Of a stretch of 64,000 nt of DNA, positions 63,489-64,000 are shown piece after piece; positions within the stretch are counted from its first letter, which is position 1, and each line of letters opens with the position of its first letter. The position numbers and the translations under genes were made by a program. The stretch spans positions 931 to 64,930 of the forward strand of contig JACPWF010000036.1 in NCBI GenBank assembly GCA_016197155.1. The letters run 5' to 3'. Source of the DNA: Candidatus Omnitrophota bacterium (GTDB taxonomy: Bacteria; Omnitrophota; Gorgyraeia; 2-02-FULL-51-18). The notes beneath the pieces were generated by a model. The model was not told the origin of the DNA. It was given only the letters and a program-made list of their open reading frames with translations, and made no database searches.

Positions 63489-63611
63489 ATGAAGGACCTG
63501 CAGGCATTCACACGTTTTAACCCGCTCTACGGGGACGATGCGCCGGTCGTGCGCAAAGGAAATTCACACCGATTGTCGTTTGTGCGATTGAGAATGTATT
63601 CTCTCGCCTAA
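63489..63611 (+). CDS. Candidate 40-aa small protein
   Basis: AAGGAG SD 6 nt before ATG; upstream TTGACA-17-TAACTT (63340-63368); no recognised family. Confidence 0.4.
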   Translation: MKDLQAFTRFNPLYGDDAPVVRKGNSHRLSFVRLRMYSLA

Positions 63612-63657
63612 AGATGTTTGAGGGATAGCGCCGTCCTGTGTTATAATCCGTGGCACG

Positions 63658-64000
63658 ATGTCCGGTCACTCCAAATGGGCCACGATCAAACACAAAAAGG
63701 GCGCGCTTGATGCCAAGCGCGGCGCCATCTTCACCAAACTCATTAAAGAAATCACCGTCGCCGCCAGAGCCGGCGGCGGCAGTCCCGAATCCAATCCGCG
63801 CCTCCGCACGGTGATCGCCAAAGCCAAAGAGGCGAACATGCCCTCGGACAACATCGAGCGGGCGATCAAAAAAGGCACGGGCGAATTGCCGGGCGTGACG
63901 TACGAGGAAGTGACTTACGAAGGTTACGGCCCGGCGGGGGTCGCGATTTTGATCGAGGCGATGACCGACAATAAAAACCGCACGGCCGCCGAGATCCGGA
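63658..64000 (+). CDS. yebC: YebC/PmpR family protein, 3'-truncated by window edge
   Basis: [33 protein letters not shown] (translated by hand). Confidence 0.96.
   Translation, partial: MSGHSKWATIKHKKGALDAKRGAIFTKLIKEITVAARAGGGSPESNPRLRTVIAKAKEANMPSDNIERAIKKGTGELPGVTYEEVTYEGYGPAGVAILIEAMTDNKNRTAAEIR

Overview
GC-rich bacterial chromosome segment, almost all on the + strand. It is probably PVC superphylum, possibly Ca. Omnitrophota; this is an impression from the 16S and gene style, not a search result. Positions 1-51 kb are a dense run of overlapping core genes: pilD, aroC-aroK, dprA-topA-xerC, a large lipid A/Kdo/LPS-core cluster with several fusion enzymes, lptC/A-lptB, hpf, tig-clpP, serA, purA, uppS-cdsA-dxr-rseP-proS, rimP-nusA-infB, trpS-scpAB, pheA-hisC-aroF-[mazEF]-tyrA-cmk-plsC-rpsA-tyrS. 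Next come a FecR/CHASE2-GGDEF pair, an rRNA operon (16S, tRNA-Ile, tRNA-Ala, 23S, 5S) and a short accessory tail (mgtC, UDG, PilZ, VIT1, csp, yebC). Main findings: (1) a complete ThiS-like ubiquitin-fold domain ending in VGGG is fused in frame to the N-terminus of an intact topoisomerase I; (2) short palindromic elements sit in frame inside topA, a heptosyltransferase and scpA, and in the rRNA spacer; (3) the 23S gene has three group I introns (L1917, L1931, L2604), two with LAGLIDADG endonucleases, and a 14-nt exon; (4) the 16S lacks about 190 nt including the 530 loop and infB has an in-frame TAG, both possibly assembly errors; (5) tRNA-Ile has A18/G55 in place of G18/U55; (6) several genes look leaderless. 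All calls come from reading motifs by eye; no searches were run.
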